Origin: Mustelus asterias
Lineage: Eukaryota
Length of the DNA: 64,000 bases
Assembly: GCF_964213995.1 (NCBI RefSeq)
Contig: NC_135823.1
Location: 1,178,001-1,242,000, forward strand
Reading direction: 5' to 3'
Made by a program: the position numbers and the translations under genes. Positions 34,734 through 47,940 of the stretch are shown piece after piece; within the stretch, counting starts at the first letter, position 1, and each line of letters starts with the position of its first letter. Under the pieces are notes generated by a model, which was given only the letters and a program-made list of their open reading frames with translations, was not told where the DNA came from and searched no databases.

Positions 34734-37700
34734 TCCTAGATCAATGGGAAGTTTTCAGGAGAGGATGGCACGTGTACAAGAAGGACGGGTCACAACTAAT
34801 TTGGAAGGGCACGAATATCCTGGCTGGGAGTTTTGCTAGTGCAGTTCGGGGGGGGGGGGGGGGGCTTAAACTAGTATGGCAGGGGGGAGGGGATCAAAAT
34901 ATTTGGTCTACAAGTGTAGAGGCTGGGGACGAGCTTGGGGCTGGGAGAAGGCTGGCAAAGAAGAAGAGCACTCTGGGGGAGGATGACCTCACTGGGCCTG
35001 GAGGTCTGGAGTGCTTATACTTCAATGCAAGGAGCGCAGCAGGTAAGACAGATGAACTTAGGGCCTTAATGCTCACGAGGAATTTGGATGTGGTTGAGGT
35101 GACAGAGACTTGGTTGAAAGAGGGACAGGACTGGCAGCTGAATATTCCGGGGTACAAGTGTTTTAGGCGAGACAGGGGAGGGGCCAAAAGAGGTGGGGGA
35201 GTAGCAGTATTAGTTGGAGAGCATATTACAGCGGTGCAGAGGGAGGACAATTCAGAGGGGTCGTGTAACGAGTCACTCTGGGTGGAGCTTAGAAACAGGA
35301 AGGGCGCAGTCACTATGTTGGGGGTGTACTACAGGCCCCCCAACAGCCCAATGGAAGTGGAAGAACGGACATGTCAGGAGATACTGGATAGATGCAGGAA
35401 AAATAGGGTTGTTGTAGTGGGAGACTTCAATTTCCCTGGTATAGACTGGAAATCGCTGAGAGCAGGGACTCTGAATGGGGAGGAATTTGTAAAATGAATA
35501 CAGGAGGGTTCTTTGGAACAATATGTAGATAGCCCGACTAGTGAGGGGGCTATACTGGACCTCGTACTGGGGAATGAGCCCGGTCAGGTCTTCAAAGTTT
35601 CGGTAGGGGAACATGTGGCAAATAGTGACCACAATTCTGTTAGCTTTAGGATAGTGATGGAAAAGGATGAGTGGTGTCCCAAGGGTAAGGTGTTGGATTG
35701 GGGGAAGGCTAACTTTAGTGGGATTAGGCAGAAATTGGCAGCTCTTGATTGGGAGAGTCTGTTTGAGGGTAAATCCACATCTGGCATGTGGGAGTCTTTT
35801 AAGGAACAGTTGTTAGGGCTACAGGACACGCATGTGCCTGTTAAAAAGAAGGATAGGAATGGTAGGATTCGAGAACCGTGGATAACCAGGGAAATTGAGG
35901 GACTGGTCAAAAAGAAAAGAGAGGCGTATGGTAGGTCCAGGCAGCTAAAAACGGAGGGAGCTCTGGAGGAGTACAAAGAAAGTAGGAAAGAACTCAAACG
36001 GGGAATTAGAAGAGCAAAAAGGGGTCACGAAATGTTCTTGGCAGACAGGATTAAGGAGAATCCCAAGGCATTTTATTCATACGTGAGGAACAAAAGGGTT
36101 GTCAGGGAAAAAATCGGACCTCTCAGGGACAAAAGTGGGGAATTATGCTTGGAGCCCAAAGAAGTAGGGGAGATCCTAAATGAATACTTTGCGTCGGTAT
36201 TCACAAAGGAGAGGGATGTGTTGACTGGGAATGTCTCGGAGGGGAGTGTTGAACTGTTGGAGAAAATCTCCATTACAAAGGAGGAAGTGTTAGGTTTGTT
36301 AGAGAATTTAAAGACTGACAAATCCCCAGGGCCTGATGGAATCTATCCAAGGCTGCTCAGGGAGACGAGAGATGAAATCGTTGGGCCTCTGACACAAATC
36401 TTTGTCTCGTCACTGGACGCAGGTGAGGTCCCAGAGGATTGGAGGATAGCTAACGTGGTCCCGTTATTTAACAAGGGTAGGAAGGATAACCCGGGTAATT
36501 AGAGGTCGGTGAGCTTGACGTCCGTGGTGGGGAAGTTGTTGGAGAAGATTCTTAGAGATAGGATGTATGCGCATTTAGAAAGGAATAAACTCATTAACGA
36601 TAGTCAGCATGGTTTTGTCAGAGGGAGGTCATGACTCACTAACCTGGTGGAATCTTTTGAAGAAGTGACCAAAATGGTTGACGAGGGAAGGGCCGTGGAT
36701 GTCGTCTGTATGGCTTTAGTAAAGCGTTTGACAAAGTCCCTCATGGTAGGCTGGTGAAAAAGGTTGGATTTCATGGGATAAAGGGGGAGGTGGCTAGATG
36801 GGTGGAGAACTGGCTTGGTCACAGAAGACAGAGGGTGGTAGTGGAACGGTCTTTTTCCGGCTGGAGGCCCGTGACGAGTGGTGTTCCGCAGGGCTCTGTA
36901 TTGGGACCTCTGCTGTTTGTGATTTATATAAATGATCTGGAAGAAGGTGTAACTGGGGTGATCAGTAAGTTCGCGGACGACACAAAATTGGCAGGACTTG
37001 CAGATAGTGAGGAGCATTGTCAGAAGCTGCAGAAGGATATAGATAGGCTGGAAATTTGGGCAAAGAAATGGCAGATGGAGTTCAATCCTGATAAATGCGA
37101 AGTGATGCATTTTGGTAGAAATAATGTAGGGAGGAGCTATATGATAAATGGCAGAACCATAAAGGGTGTAGATACGCAGAGGGACCTGGGTGTGCAAGTC
37201 CACATATCCTTGAAAGTGACGTCACAGGTGGAGAAGGCGGTGAAGAAGGCATATGGCATGCTTGCCTTTATAGGACGGGGCGTAGAGTATAAAAGTTGGG
37301 GTCTGATGTTGCAGATGTATAGAACGTTGGTTCAGCCGCATCTGGAATACTGCGTCCAGTTCTGGTCGCCACACTACCAGAAGGACGTGGAGGCTTTGGA
37401 GCGAGGACAGAGGAGGTTTACCAGGATGTTACCTGGTATGGAGGGGATTAGTTATGAGGAGAGATTGGGTAAACTGGGGTTGTTCTCCCTGGAAAGACGG
37501 AGGATGAGGGGAGACTTAATAGAGGTGTATAAAATTATGAAAGGCATAGATAGGGTGAACGGTGGGAAGCTTTTCCCCACGTCGGTGGTGACGTTCACGA
37601 GGGGTCATAGTTTCAAGGTGAAGGGAGGGGGGGGAGGTTTAACACAGATATCAGACGGACATATTTTACACAGAGGGTGGTGGGGGCCTGGAATGCGATG

Positions 37701-37883
37701 CCAGGCAAGGCGGTGGAGGCGGACACACTGGGAACTTTTAAGACTTATCTAGACAGCCATATGAACGGAGTGGGAATGGAGGGATACACAAGAATGGTGT
37801 AGTTTGGACCAGGGAGCGGGGCGGGCTTGGAGGGCCGAAGGGCCTGTTCCTGTGCTGTATTGTTCTTTGTTCTTTGTTCTTGC
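34734..37883 (+). mobile_element. Near-complete ORF2 of a CR1-clade (HER1-like) LINE with the end of ORF1
   Basis: ORF1 esterase-like end (YKKDGSQLIWKG), APE endonuclease (YFNARS, VTETW, YYRPP, GDFNFP, SDHN), RT (GVPQGSVLGP, KFADD); few stops; (TTCTTTG)n tail; splits an older repeat at tctgg. Confidence 0.96.
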
Positions 37884-38178
37884 TCTGGCCTAGATGTGAC
37901 TCCAGAGCCAAAGAAATGGAATTGACTTCCCCCTGAACAAGGACAACTAGGGATGGGCATTCAATGGTGTCCAACCAGGGACGCCCATGTCCCACGAATG
38001 AATAAAGAATGGATAGCTCTTTCAAATTCCAACATTCTAAGCTGTATCATTCTATGATTTTATGTAACGCGTTTGAGGTTCGCAACAATCTTAAATATTG
38101 ATGGGCCAAAGGCCTCCATCTGCACTGTATGGATTCGATTAGTCCCTGCGATGATTGCATGACCTGGGAATGTTCCTG

Positions 38179-38780
38179 AGTCGACCTCCCCACGCCTCTC
38201 TGAGTTTGGCCACTTTGGAAAGGAGATCAAAAAAGAAGGCAGATCGAAAATTAGAATCCGAATGATGAATTATCGAGGAGGAACGAGTTCACGAAAATCC
38301 CACAGCTTCGTGGAAATAACAAGAAGCCAAGGCAACTCCCTTAAAACCGTCGCATTTCCCAAAGATTGGCTCCAAGATTGGACTTTGAGTTTGGTATATT
38401 CCACTGGAACCGTGCTCATTAACAGTGGAAGAAACATTGAGCAATACTCAGAGACATTCCTTAGATTCTCTGCAAATGTACTGGTGATTGTATATCTTTC
38501 ATGGCTCGCAAAGACTATGCTTCTTTGCAATTGTCGATGCCTGAATATCAATTAATTATTCTACCTTTATACCGATGATTTGTCTTGATTTTTTATCAAA
38601 AATAAACTTACCTTGAAATGTAATCTTTATGATACTGCGATTTCTGTTGAGCTGGCATTTGCAGCCCAGGATTCAGATGTGTGTCACTGCTTGAGTTGTG
38701 AACGTCTATAGGTGCGTTGAGTTGTGAACGTTTGAGCATTTAGAGAATTGGAATGCAATAAGAGCGGGACCTTTACAGCA
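38179..38780 (+). pseudogene. Inverted paralogous copy of the receptor's terminal exon and 3'UTR (SRPPHASLSLATLERRSKKKADRKLESE*)
   Basis: Collinear similarity to the reverse complement of about 7800-8403; acceptor cag->ctg; Tyr codon TAC->CAC; stop TAA->TTA with a new TGA at 38263-38265. Confidence 0.8.
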
Positions 38781-39279
38781 ATGGTTTATTCCTCTTTTAC
38801 CAGCGCTGAAAGTTACTATTCTCCTCTTCCTCCCTGTCTATGTTTGCAATGGGAGGCCATTCAGCCGCTTGGTGAGTTTATTTCTGCCCAGGTAGATCAA
38901 TATATGAACTCCATCAACTCGGGTCGCATAAATGAATTTCTATCCAGTTATCAAACGACAATCTATCCATTTATGTTCTGACTGTTTCAATTCAGCCCCG
39001 GCCTCAGCAGTTATTGAATTTAAGAGTTACAGAGTACCCCTCTCCATTGTTTGAGGAAATGTGAACAAGTCACAATTCAATGCACAGACTTCATTATCGA
39101 GCAAAACAACCTCCAACCACAGTCACCAGGCCTTGTTCTTGACTCATCCCACTGTGATACCTTTAAGAAATCTATTTTAACCAAATTTCTCTGCAGGATG
39201 TCTCTCGCAGTCCCAGGCTTTCTCTTGCAGTCCCAGGCTTCGCAGCGGAGCCGCTCTGTCTACAACCAGCATCCTCCAT

Positions 39280-39982
39280 TGTTACTGTAACAGCATAATT
39301 GATACCATGTGTGTAATGCAATGTTCTGGTTTTTGAATCTTCTCCTGGGATTGCAGAGTAGGTCTTGATCGGCATGATGGACAGGTCAGATCATATGGCT
39401 GTGGACAGCTCGTCATTCACAGAGAATTTCAGCTTGGTTGCCGTTTTCAGGTGCTGTTTGGACTTGAGAGAGACCAGGGTCTGTTTATTTCCCCTCTCCG
39501 GAGTTGGAGATTCTGTTGTGTTTGCTGTTTCAGAAGCTGCAGAGAGAGAGAGAGAGAGATCTTTTTCGGTCTCTGATGTCTGAAGACGACAAACTGCCGG
39601 AGATTGGATTTTTCACCGTTTAGCTAAATTGAGGATATATAAATTGGTTGAATCCGGCTGTTTGAATTTCTGTCCATAGCTGGTAAAGACTGGAAATGTA
39701 GTATCACGTGAGGAAACCAGTTTTAATGCAAACTATTTCTGAAGAAGGATGTGTACCTCTGGGGTATTGCTTTAAATTGGAACAACAAAGACAGCTAACT
39801 TCTAAGAGTCATGTTTAACGCTTGCAATTGATAAAGGTTATGCTTCCGAGTGAATCACTTGAATCATACCTGGAAACACGTGAAACACCTTCTGCTGAAC
39901 CTGATACCAAAATCAAATGTAAACCTTGGTGTCGAGGATAACTTCACAAAACATCTTGGAATTCCAGGCCTGGGGCACAACA
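39280..39982 (+). mobile_element. Solo LTR (703 bp) with 4-bp TSD
   Basis: Termini TGTT...AACA; CCAT at 39276-39279 and 39983-39986. Confidence 0.8.
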
Positions 39983-40149
39983 CCATTCCCAAACAGAGGA
40001 AATAGTTACATTGTGTCGATCCTGCCACATTATTCCGGTATCAGATCGCCTCTTAATCTTTTTAACTCACGGGAATTAAAACGTATTCTCTGCACCTGAA
40101 TCATCCGTCCCTTCTCGGGTGGGGGGGGGGGGGGGAGCGGGGCGTGGGG

Positions 40150-40561
40150 ACACGGTATATCCCCTCCAAAATGTGCATTTTCACCATGTCTTCCGATCCC
40201 CTGAGTTTCCGCAGCCCACGAACATCGTACCGCTCTGGGGTGCTGCACCTCTTTCAGGTTTGTTTCTTCATCACTCCTCCTTTAGAGCATTTGCAGTGTT
40301 AGAACTATTGAGATAGTAAGTCAAGTAGAAAATTAAGCCAGTAAATACTTTCTATAATAGGAATTTCATGGTAAAGGAATGAACCATTTGCAGCTGATCA
40401 GAATCAATCGGTGGAAACATTCACCAATATATCCACTGGGAAGTTTTGCTCCTCTGGGCTGTGAATGATTCCACGGCCACTATTAAAAAACAACATTTGA
40501 GTCTGGTTAAATTCACAGATTTACATGCAGCCATAATCAATTTTGGTAAGGTCATCCACAT
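40150..40561 (-). pseudogene. Second, partial copy of the adaptor-like gene (exon 1 and degenerate exon 2 only)
   Basis: Exon 1 40561-40525 has an intact ATG (MWMTLPKLIMAA) and GTAAAT donor; the exon 2 acceptor CAG is CAA and the exon is frameshifted; the segment equivalent to about 2200-3600 (TM and last exon) is absent. Confidence 0.5.
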
Positions 40562-42239
40562 GCAGGGCGGCAAGTTGGAAGCACTTCATGTCTTAAATGG
40601 AGTCCATGAGGAGAGAGGCGAAGTGCTCAACCAATGCACAGAGACTCACGAATGGTCACTGTGTGTAAGGAACTGTGGAGTGACACCACACCAGAGGAAC
40701 ATGGTCTCTCGGAGGCATTCACTTGAGTGACACGTGTTAAACATTATGATTTGAGGATGGACACTTGCAAATAGCAAATAGCCAGACGGCAGATGGACAA
40801 ACTTAAGTTAAATGAATGAAGAGTATTCGTTTCAGTCTAATCTAATCCATGGCGACCGTGGATTTGATTAGATCAGTGATCCCTTTTCTGATGTATGATC
40901 GATCACTGATCCCTTTTCTGGCAGGAAATCGACCGTCTATATCTGGTCAGGCCTGTATGTGACGCCAGGACTGTCCCAGCAAATTACTCATTTCCAGTTT
41001 GGCAAACGAAATCTGGAATTGGAATCAATGCAAGGGCACATGAAATTAAACGTTGAGATTTCTGACCAGCATAGCCGAGTCAGCAAAGTACTTCAGTATT
41101 TGAGTCCGTGCCCATGAGGAAACCTCAGAATAGGAGACTGTGGTCACAAACATTGGAGAGGAGGGGCATATTCGAGCACCTCGAGCCTGTTCTCTCTTAC
41201 AGTGACAGAGTGGCTATTTTGTATTTTCAGTTCAGCGACCTGCCTTGGTTTAGTCCTGACCTCCCCAACAAGAAAACGTTTCCAAATGTTCAATTTCCAT
41301 TACCAATAGGCTTCAACAGGAGTTTCAGCTTTGTGAGAAATGAATATGTTACCTTGCCTTTACTGTCCTGCCAAGTATCAAAAATAACATTCATTAGTGA
41401 CAAGGAGGCTTACATTCACACTGCAATGAAATTACTGTGAAACTCCCCCAGCTGCCACACACCGTTACATTGCGGGAGAATTTAGCTCGACCAATTCACC
41501 TAACCTGCATATCTTTGGACAGTGAGAGGAAACGGTGAACACCCGGAGTGAACCCACGCAGGCACAAGGGGAACAGACAAACTCCAGCCAGATAGTGACC
41601 CAAGCCGTGAATCGAACCTGGGTCACTGGCGCTGTCAGGCAGCAGAGCTAAGCACTCTGCATTCTGCCCTCCAGAGTCCAAGCGCACAAAAGTCACGAGT
41701 ACTCTATTAGTGAGATATCACAGCCGGCTGTGGATTGAGTAAGGTTCCAATCAATAGTTTCGAGCGTTTCCTTTCCTGGTTTTTGAAGGCGCTGGTGCCA
41801 TGCTTCCAACATGACTTTGCTCACAGTTGGCATTGTATTCCTTCACCGCACATGTCTCCGATTCACCCAGGCCTGAACATTGTAATATATTTTTCATTCA
41901 CAAATGGTCAACATAAAAAAAAATCAAATTAATATTGGAAGCACTGAGCGATACTTCATGGGGGAGTGAGGGAATCACACGAAATTGGTTTTGGGTTTTC
42001 AATATCACAGAATCCGAGAAATGGCTGAACCTGCTGTCGTAAAGGAAACCACTTCAGATAATCAAAACCAAATATCTGAAAGTCAAATTGCAATATAAGT
42101 ACTTTTGAAGCTTTATTGATCCTGATGTGGTTTAAAATCACTTAAGTAAGATTTTACTACACCAGGCTCACTTATCTGGAGCAAGTAAATTGAAAAGGTC
42201 ATTTAAAAACATCATTTTACTCAGTGCTGATCGACAGAA

Positions 42240-43370
42240 CAGCTATCATTATCGGGATTTAAAAAATCAAAGATTTACAGGCAATTGAGTCTATTGGTCG
42301 GGAAAATGTGGGAAAAAAATTCTGAGGGACAGAATTAATCTCCACTTGGGGAGGCAAGGATGAGTCAAGGAGAGTCAGCATGGTTTAGTCAAAGGAAATT
42401 CGTGCCACACAAGTTCGACAGAATTCTTTGAAGAGGTGACGAGGTGTGCAGATATGGGCAGTGCAAGTAATGTCATCTGCATGGACTTCAATAAGGATTT
42501 TGAGCGAGTCCCACATGGGAGGCTGATGAAGAAGGTTAGAGGCCATGGGATCCAGTCAATTTTTCAATTGGATTATTGGCAGGAGGCAGAGGGCGATGAC
42601 ATCTGTTTTTGTGAATGGAAGCCTGTGTCCATGTTGTTCTGCAGGGATCAGTGCTGGATCCCTTTTTGTTTATAGTCTCATTATTAATCTAATGAATGTA
42701 GGGGGTATGATGAATAAGTTCGCAGATGACACAAACATTGGTGGTGTGTACATAGCAAAAGGATTACAGGATTACTTAGATTGTAAGATGTTATAGACGG
42801 GTTGGTCAGATGAGCAGAACTGTGGCAAATGGAATTTAACTCTAAAAGTTGTGAGGTGATGCATTTTGGGAGCACCAACAAGGCAAGGTAATACACAATG
42901 AACGGGAGGATTCTAGAAAGTACAGAGGATCAGAGGGACTTTGGGGTACATATCCATAAGTCTCTGAAGGCAGCAGGACAGGTAGATAAGGCGGTTCAGC
43001 AAGCAGATGGGATAGTTGCATTTATTAAATGGGGCATTGAATGTAATAGCAGGGAAGTTATGATGGAGCTCCATAAAATTGTTGCTGAGGGCATAGCTGG
43101 AGTACTGTGTGCACTTTTGGTCGCCACATTGTCGGAAGGAAGTGATTGGACTTGGGAAGGTGCAGAGGAGATCCACGAGGATGTTGCTTGCTTTGGAGCT
43201 TTTTAGATCTGAAGAGGGACCGGATTGGCAAACATTGTTTTGCTTGGAGCAAAGAAGGCTGACGGAGGACCTGATTGAGATGATAAAAATTATGAGCGGC
43301 ATCGTCAGGGTGGATAGGAAAGAGTTTGTTCTCCTGAGCAATGGACTCAATAACCGGGGGCATAGATTTT
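42240..43370 (+). mobile_element. Degenerate CR1-like LINE, same ancestral insertion as 5270-7500 and 52850-53990
   Basis: MDFNKDF, KFADD, FWSPH remnants; lacks the nested 5715-6696 element. Confidence 0.85.
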
Positions 43371-46300
43371 TACGAACTCCAGCCATCGACCCAAATTACT
43401 GACTCCCCAGAGAGGCAAAAGCTTGCCAGCCAGAAATCAGTCTATCGAAGTCTCACCTCGAAGGCAAATGCAGCTTTCTTCGGAAAAAGAGAACTACACG
43501 GCACTCATTCCTCCTCTCAATACTCTTTGTGTTTGCAGTGAGCATTCCTTATTCCAGTTACCACTATAAATCCCAACAAAGAAATTGCTTTCCAAGTTGC
43601 TTGAGATACCTGCTGGTAAATGTTCTGTATGCCTTGCACAAGAACATACAACCTATCAGAATCATAAAATCACTGAATCCCTACAGTGTAGAAAGAAGCC
43701 ATTTGGCCCATCGAGCTGCACCTCCTGGCCGTATTAGTGGAACCCAAGGTGTTTACCCTAATAATGACCTGACACTCAGGGGGAATTGAGCATGGTCAAT
43801 CAACCTAACCTACACATGTTTGGACTGTGGGAGGAAATCGGAGCACCCGCGGGAAACACACGCAGACACGGGAAAATCATGCAAATTCCACACAGACTGC
43901 CAGCCAAGGCCTGAATCGAGCCCGGGGGCTGGCGCTGCGAGGCAGCCATGCTCACCCCTGTGCCACCGTGCCACCCATACTGGAATGTCCCAATTCTTCA
44001 AACATTAGAAATATCCTCATTTTTTCATTCCAGTGGATAGTTCCTCATTTCTGAAATTAATACTGCACCTGCCACTTACTTATTCAGTTAATAAAGGTTA
44101 GAGGTACAACGGAAATCGAAACAGGTAACCACATGCCTGTATCATCAGGTGTTATCATAATCTTATGAATATTGTGGGTAAATATTCTGCTGAATTGAAC
44201 TGAGTAGAGGGAGGCAATATAGTTTTTCTTAAAGTGGAACCCTGTCTGATTAATATAATTGAAAATGCTAAGGGGTTCGCTAAACAGATAGGCAGGAGAG
44301 TCTCTATGAATGCACAGTAGCACAGTCGTTAGCATTCGGATTAGAAACCGGAGCGGGTGCTCTGGTTTACTCCTACAGTCCAACGTTTCGCAACTGAGGC
44401 TGGCTCATCATCGGAAATTGCCCCTTAGTGACAGGGGAATTCGGAAGGTAAATATGTGATGTTACATGGATAGGCCTGGGTGAGATTGTTGTCGGTGCAA
44501 TCGCAATGGGCCAGATAGTCTTCATTGGCAATGCAGATTCAATGATAATAGGCATGGTTCTCCCACAAGATCGTGAGCAACGTACACCATTACCCATTAT
44601 TGTCAAACTCAACACTGCATGGAATAAACATTTTCAGATTATGGTTGGAATTTGATTGAGGGGATAGGGTCAGAGGGTGTGGACAAAATGGTTAGCGGGC
44701 TGTGACGAGTGCTCTTCAGCAGTGATGATTAGATGCCTTTGGCATTTTGAATAATGATTCAGATAAAAAGAAAAGACTTGTACACCTGCCTTTGGTAGAA
44801 CTGTGTTAGAAGGGAACGTGAACACGTTGAAGGCGGGATCAGTCATTGCCGAACAGACTCATACAGGTTGTGAAGCAGCTGGTTTTTATCGGGGGTCGGG
44901 TGTGGGGGGTGGGGAGGGGAAGGGCGGTGGAGACAGTCTTTGTTCTCTCTTATGTTCCTGCGGTAGGTAGAGATGATTCTGATACTGGATGTTCATGTCT
45001 ATCAACCGGTCATAGAAAAATAACAACAAATAAACTAGAAGCAGGAGTAGACCAGGAATGTCCTTCGAGCTTGCACTGCCACTCACTATGATCATGGCTG
45101 ATCATCAAATACAATGCCCTTTAGAGATGGAAATCTGTCGTCCTTACCCGGTCTAGCTTGCATGTAACTCCAGAGCCACAGCAATGTGGTTGAGTCTCAA
45201 CTGCCCTCGGGCAACTAATGATGGGCAATAAATGCTGGCCAGCCAGTTACACCCATGTCCCAGGAATGAATAAAAAGAAAGTCGTTGTATATCTGGAGGT
45301 TAATCATGCGTGGTAATTATGTCAACGGCAATCATGGGGGCACACCCCTGTAATCCAGAAACTGCTATTTAAATGGGATTGTCTCTGAAATAAATTGATG
45401 TGCTTGATTTCCAGAACGGTAATGATAATTATCGATCCTTATTTATTTTGCCTACCAGCTCATATTAACGGGGAGTGTTTGGGTTATTCTGAACACAGTT
45501 GCTTTTTCAGTTTCGAACTCAGAGAAGTTTCAGATCTGTGTCCGATCAGCATGTGTCACCTCTGGCATACACATTAATTTTCAAAGTTTCCTTGAGTTGT
45601 CGAACCATGGCTTCAACAAATGCTCCACCAAAGTTGCAGTTCCTTGCATTTAACAGCCCCACCAATGTTGTATAGAAAGTTAATATTTCAGGAAGCTCTC
45701 GTGCTATTGCACAAAGTATTCTAAGGTTTTACTTTCATAGTTCGGAAGGTCAACTTCTAAAACTCCTGCTAGACCTTCCAGTTTGCTCTCCAACTTGTTT
45801 TTGTTAAAATAAATGTTAGGAAAACTGCAGGACACCAATGAAAGATGATTAACTAAAGCAGAAACAGCATAATTAAGTAAAATCCATTTTATTGCACAGA
45901 GCCAATGTTTAAGATCTGGATTGCGCTGCCTGAAACTGTGATTGGGGGCCTCTTCAATGGAGGCTTTCCAATCAGAATTGGAACATTTTCTGATATGAAG
46001 TAAATGCATTGCTTTTGGAAAAGTCATCGTTGCGGAGCGAGTGATGCTGCTGTTACCGAAAGGACAAAGGAAAATAGGGCGTTGGAAGAGAGAAGCAAAA
46101 AGTGAAATTTCAACCCGTCGAGATAGCACTGATGTTCCACTAGATCCGGAATGATTACCGACCGCATCCGCACTTCCCAGCACGATCTCAATTTCCCTTG
46201 ATGTTATTCATCGCGAGAAGTCTAGTGACTTCTGCCTTGAACGTTTCCGATGACTCAATTTTGGAAACTCTTTTGTGTGGAATATTCCTAAGATTCATTC

Positions 46301-47589
46301 TAATGAGTGGATATATTCCTCATCTTCCCTGTTCAAAATGTCCATTCCCCATCCTGAGATCATCCCCCCAGGTATTGACTCACCAACCACGGGGAACCTT
46401 ATTCACATCCATCCTATTGCACACTGTCAGAGTTTTATCTGCAACAATGAGGGACCGCCTCATTCTTCAAAATTGTCAGAAATATGGGAGCTGTCTCATC
46501 AATCTCTCCTCAAACAAATCCCTATCCAAATCATTCATCTGATAAACATCCATTGTACGACCTCTATGGAACTTACGTCAGAGCTGAGGGAAGAGGACCA
46601 GAACTGGACGCAAACTCCTGGCGAGGTCTCAGCCCTATACAAATGCAGAAATACATTCTTATAAGTGAAAAATAATCTCCTCGCGATTAAGTCCCCCAAA
46701 GCGTCGAAGGTTTCCGACTTGTTTACTGCAACTACATTCTGTAACTCATGAACAACGACACCGAGTTCTCGTTATGCCGTCGCAATTGACAATTTATCAT
46801 TTGACACATAAACATAGAAAATAGGAGCAGGACGAGGCCATTTTGCCCTTCGAGCCTTTTCCATCATTAACCACGTCATGACTGATCGTTCAACTCAATA
46901 GCATAATCCTGCTTTCGACCTATAACTATTGCCCCATTCGCCCCAAGTGCTACTTGAAGCTGCTTCTTGAATACATTCAATGTTTTGGCATGAACTACTT
47001 CCTGTGGCAATTAATTCCACAGGCTCACCAATCTTTGCTTGAAGGAATGTTTCATCATCTCCGCCCTGAATGGTCTATCCCGAATCCCCAGGTTCTGGAC
47101 TCCCCCAGCATTGGGAACATCCTCGCTGCATCTAACCTGCCTGGTCCTTTTAGAATGTTAAGAGTCTCAATGAGATTTCCCCCACCTCCCTCATACGCCT
47201 GAATACCAGCGAAAGCAATCCCAAACTAGTAAATCATTCCACATACATCAGTCCCGCCATACCCCGAATTAGCCTGGTAAACCTTTGCTGCACTCCCTCG
47301 AGAGCAACGACATCCTCCCTCAGATATTTTGACCGAAACTGCGCACATTAGTCAAGGTGTGGCCTCAACATGCCCCTGGAAAATTGCAACAACACATCCC
47401 TGCTACTGTACTGGAAACGTTAAAGAGTTATCTAGATAGCCCCATGAATGGAGTGGGAATGGAAGGATACAAAAGAATGGTCTAGTTTGGACCAGGGAGC
47501 CGCACGGGCATGGAGGGCCGAAGGGCCTGTTCCTGTGCTATTTTGTTCTTTGTTCTTTGTTCTTTTTACTCGAAACCTCTCGCAATGAA

Positions 47590-47940
47590 TGGGGTGGCAC
47601 GTTAGCACAGTGGTCAGCACTGCTGCTTCAGAGCTCCGGGGACCTGGGTTCGATTCCCGGCTTGGGTCACTGTCTGTGTGGAGTTTGCACGTTCTCCTCG
47701 TGTCTGCGTGGGTTTCCTCCGGGTGCTCCGGTTTCCTCCCACAGTCCAAAGATGTGCGGGTTAGTTTGATTGGACATGCTAAAATTGCCCCTTAGTGTCC
47801 TGGGATGCGAAGATTCGAGGCATTAGCAGGTAAAATATGTCGGGGTATGGGGGTAGGGTCTGGGTGGGATTGTGGTCGGTGCAGATACGATGGGCCGAAT
47901 GGCCTCTTTCTGTACTGTAGGGTTTCAATGATTTCTATGA
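47590..47940 (+). mobile_element. HE1-like tRNA-derived SINE (representative; similar copies at about 9510-9790, 10830-11150, 11390-11640, 17160-17570, 19300-19590, 20545-20830, 21790-21910, 24130-24350, 32285-32585, 41390-41665, 43655-43975, 50000-50330, 50720-51065, 52000-52275, 54300-54630, 58085-58430, 63660-63970)
   Basis: Pol III A-box (tagcacagtgg) and B-box (ggttcgattcc), conserved core tgtgtggagtttgcacgttctc...gggtttcctccgggtgctccggtttcctcccacagtccaaaga, LINE-like 3' tail. Confidence 0.9.

Noticed and set aside
47590-47680. tRNA genes
   Set aside because: A/B boxes belong to tRNA-derived SINE heads; no cloverleaf is evident.
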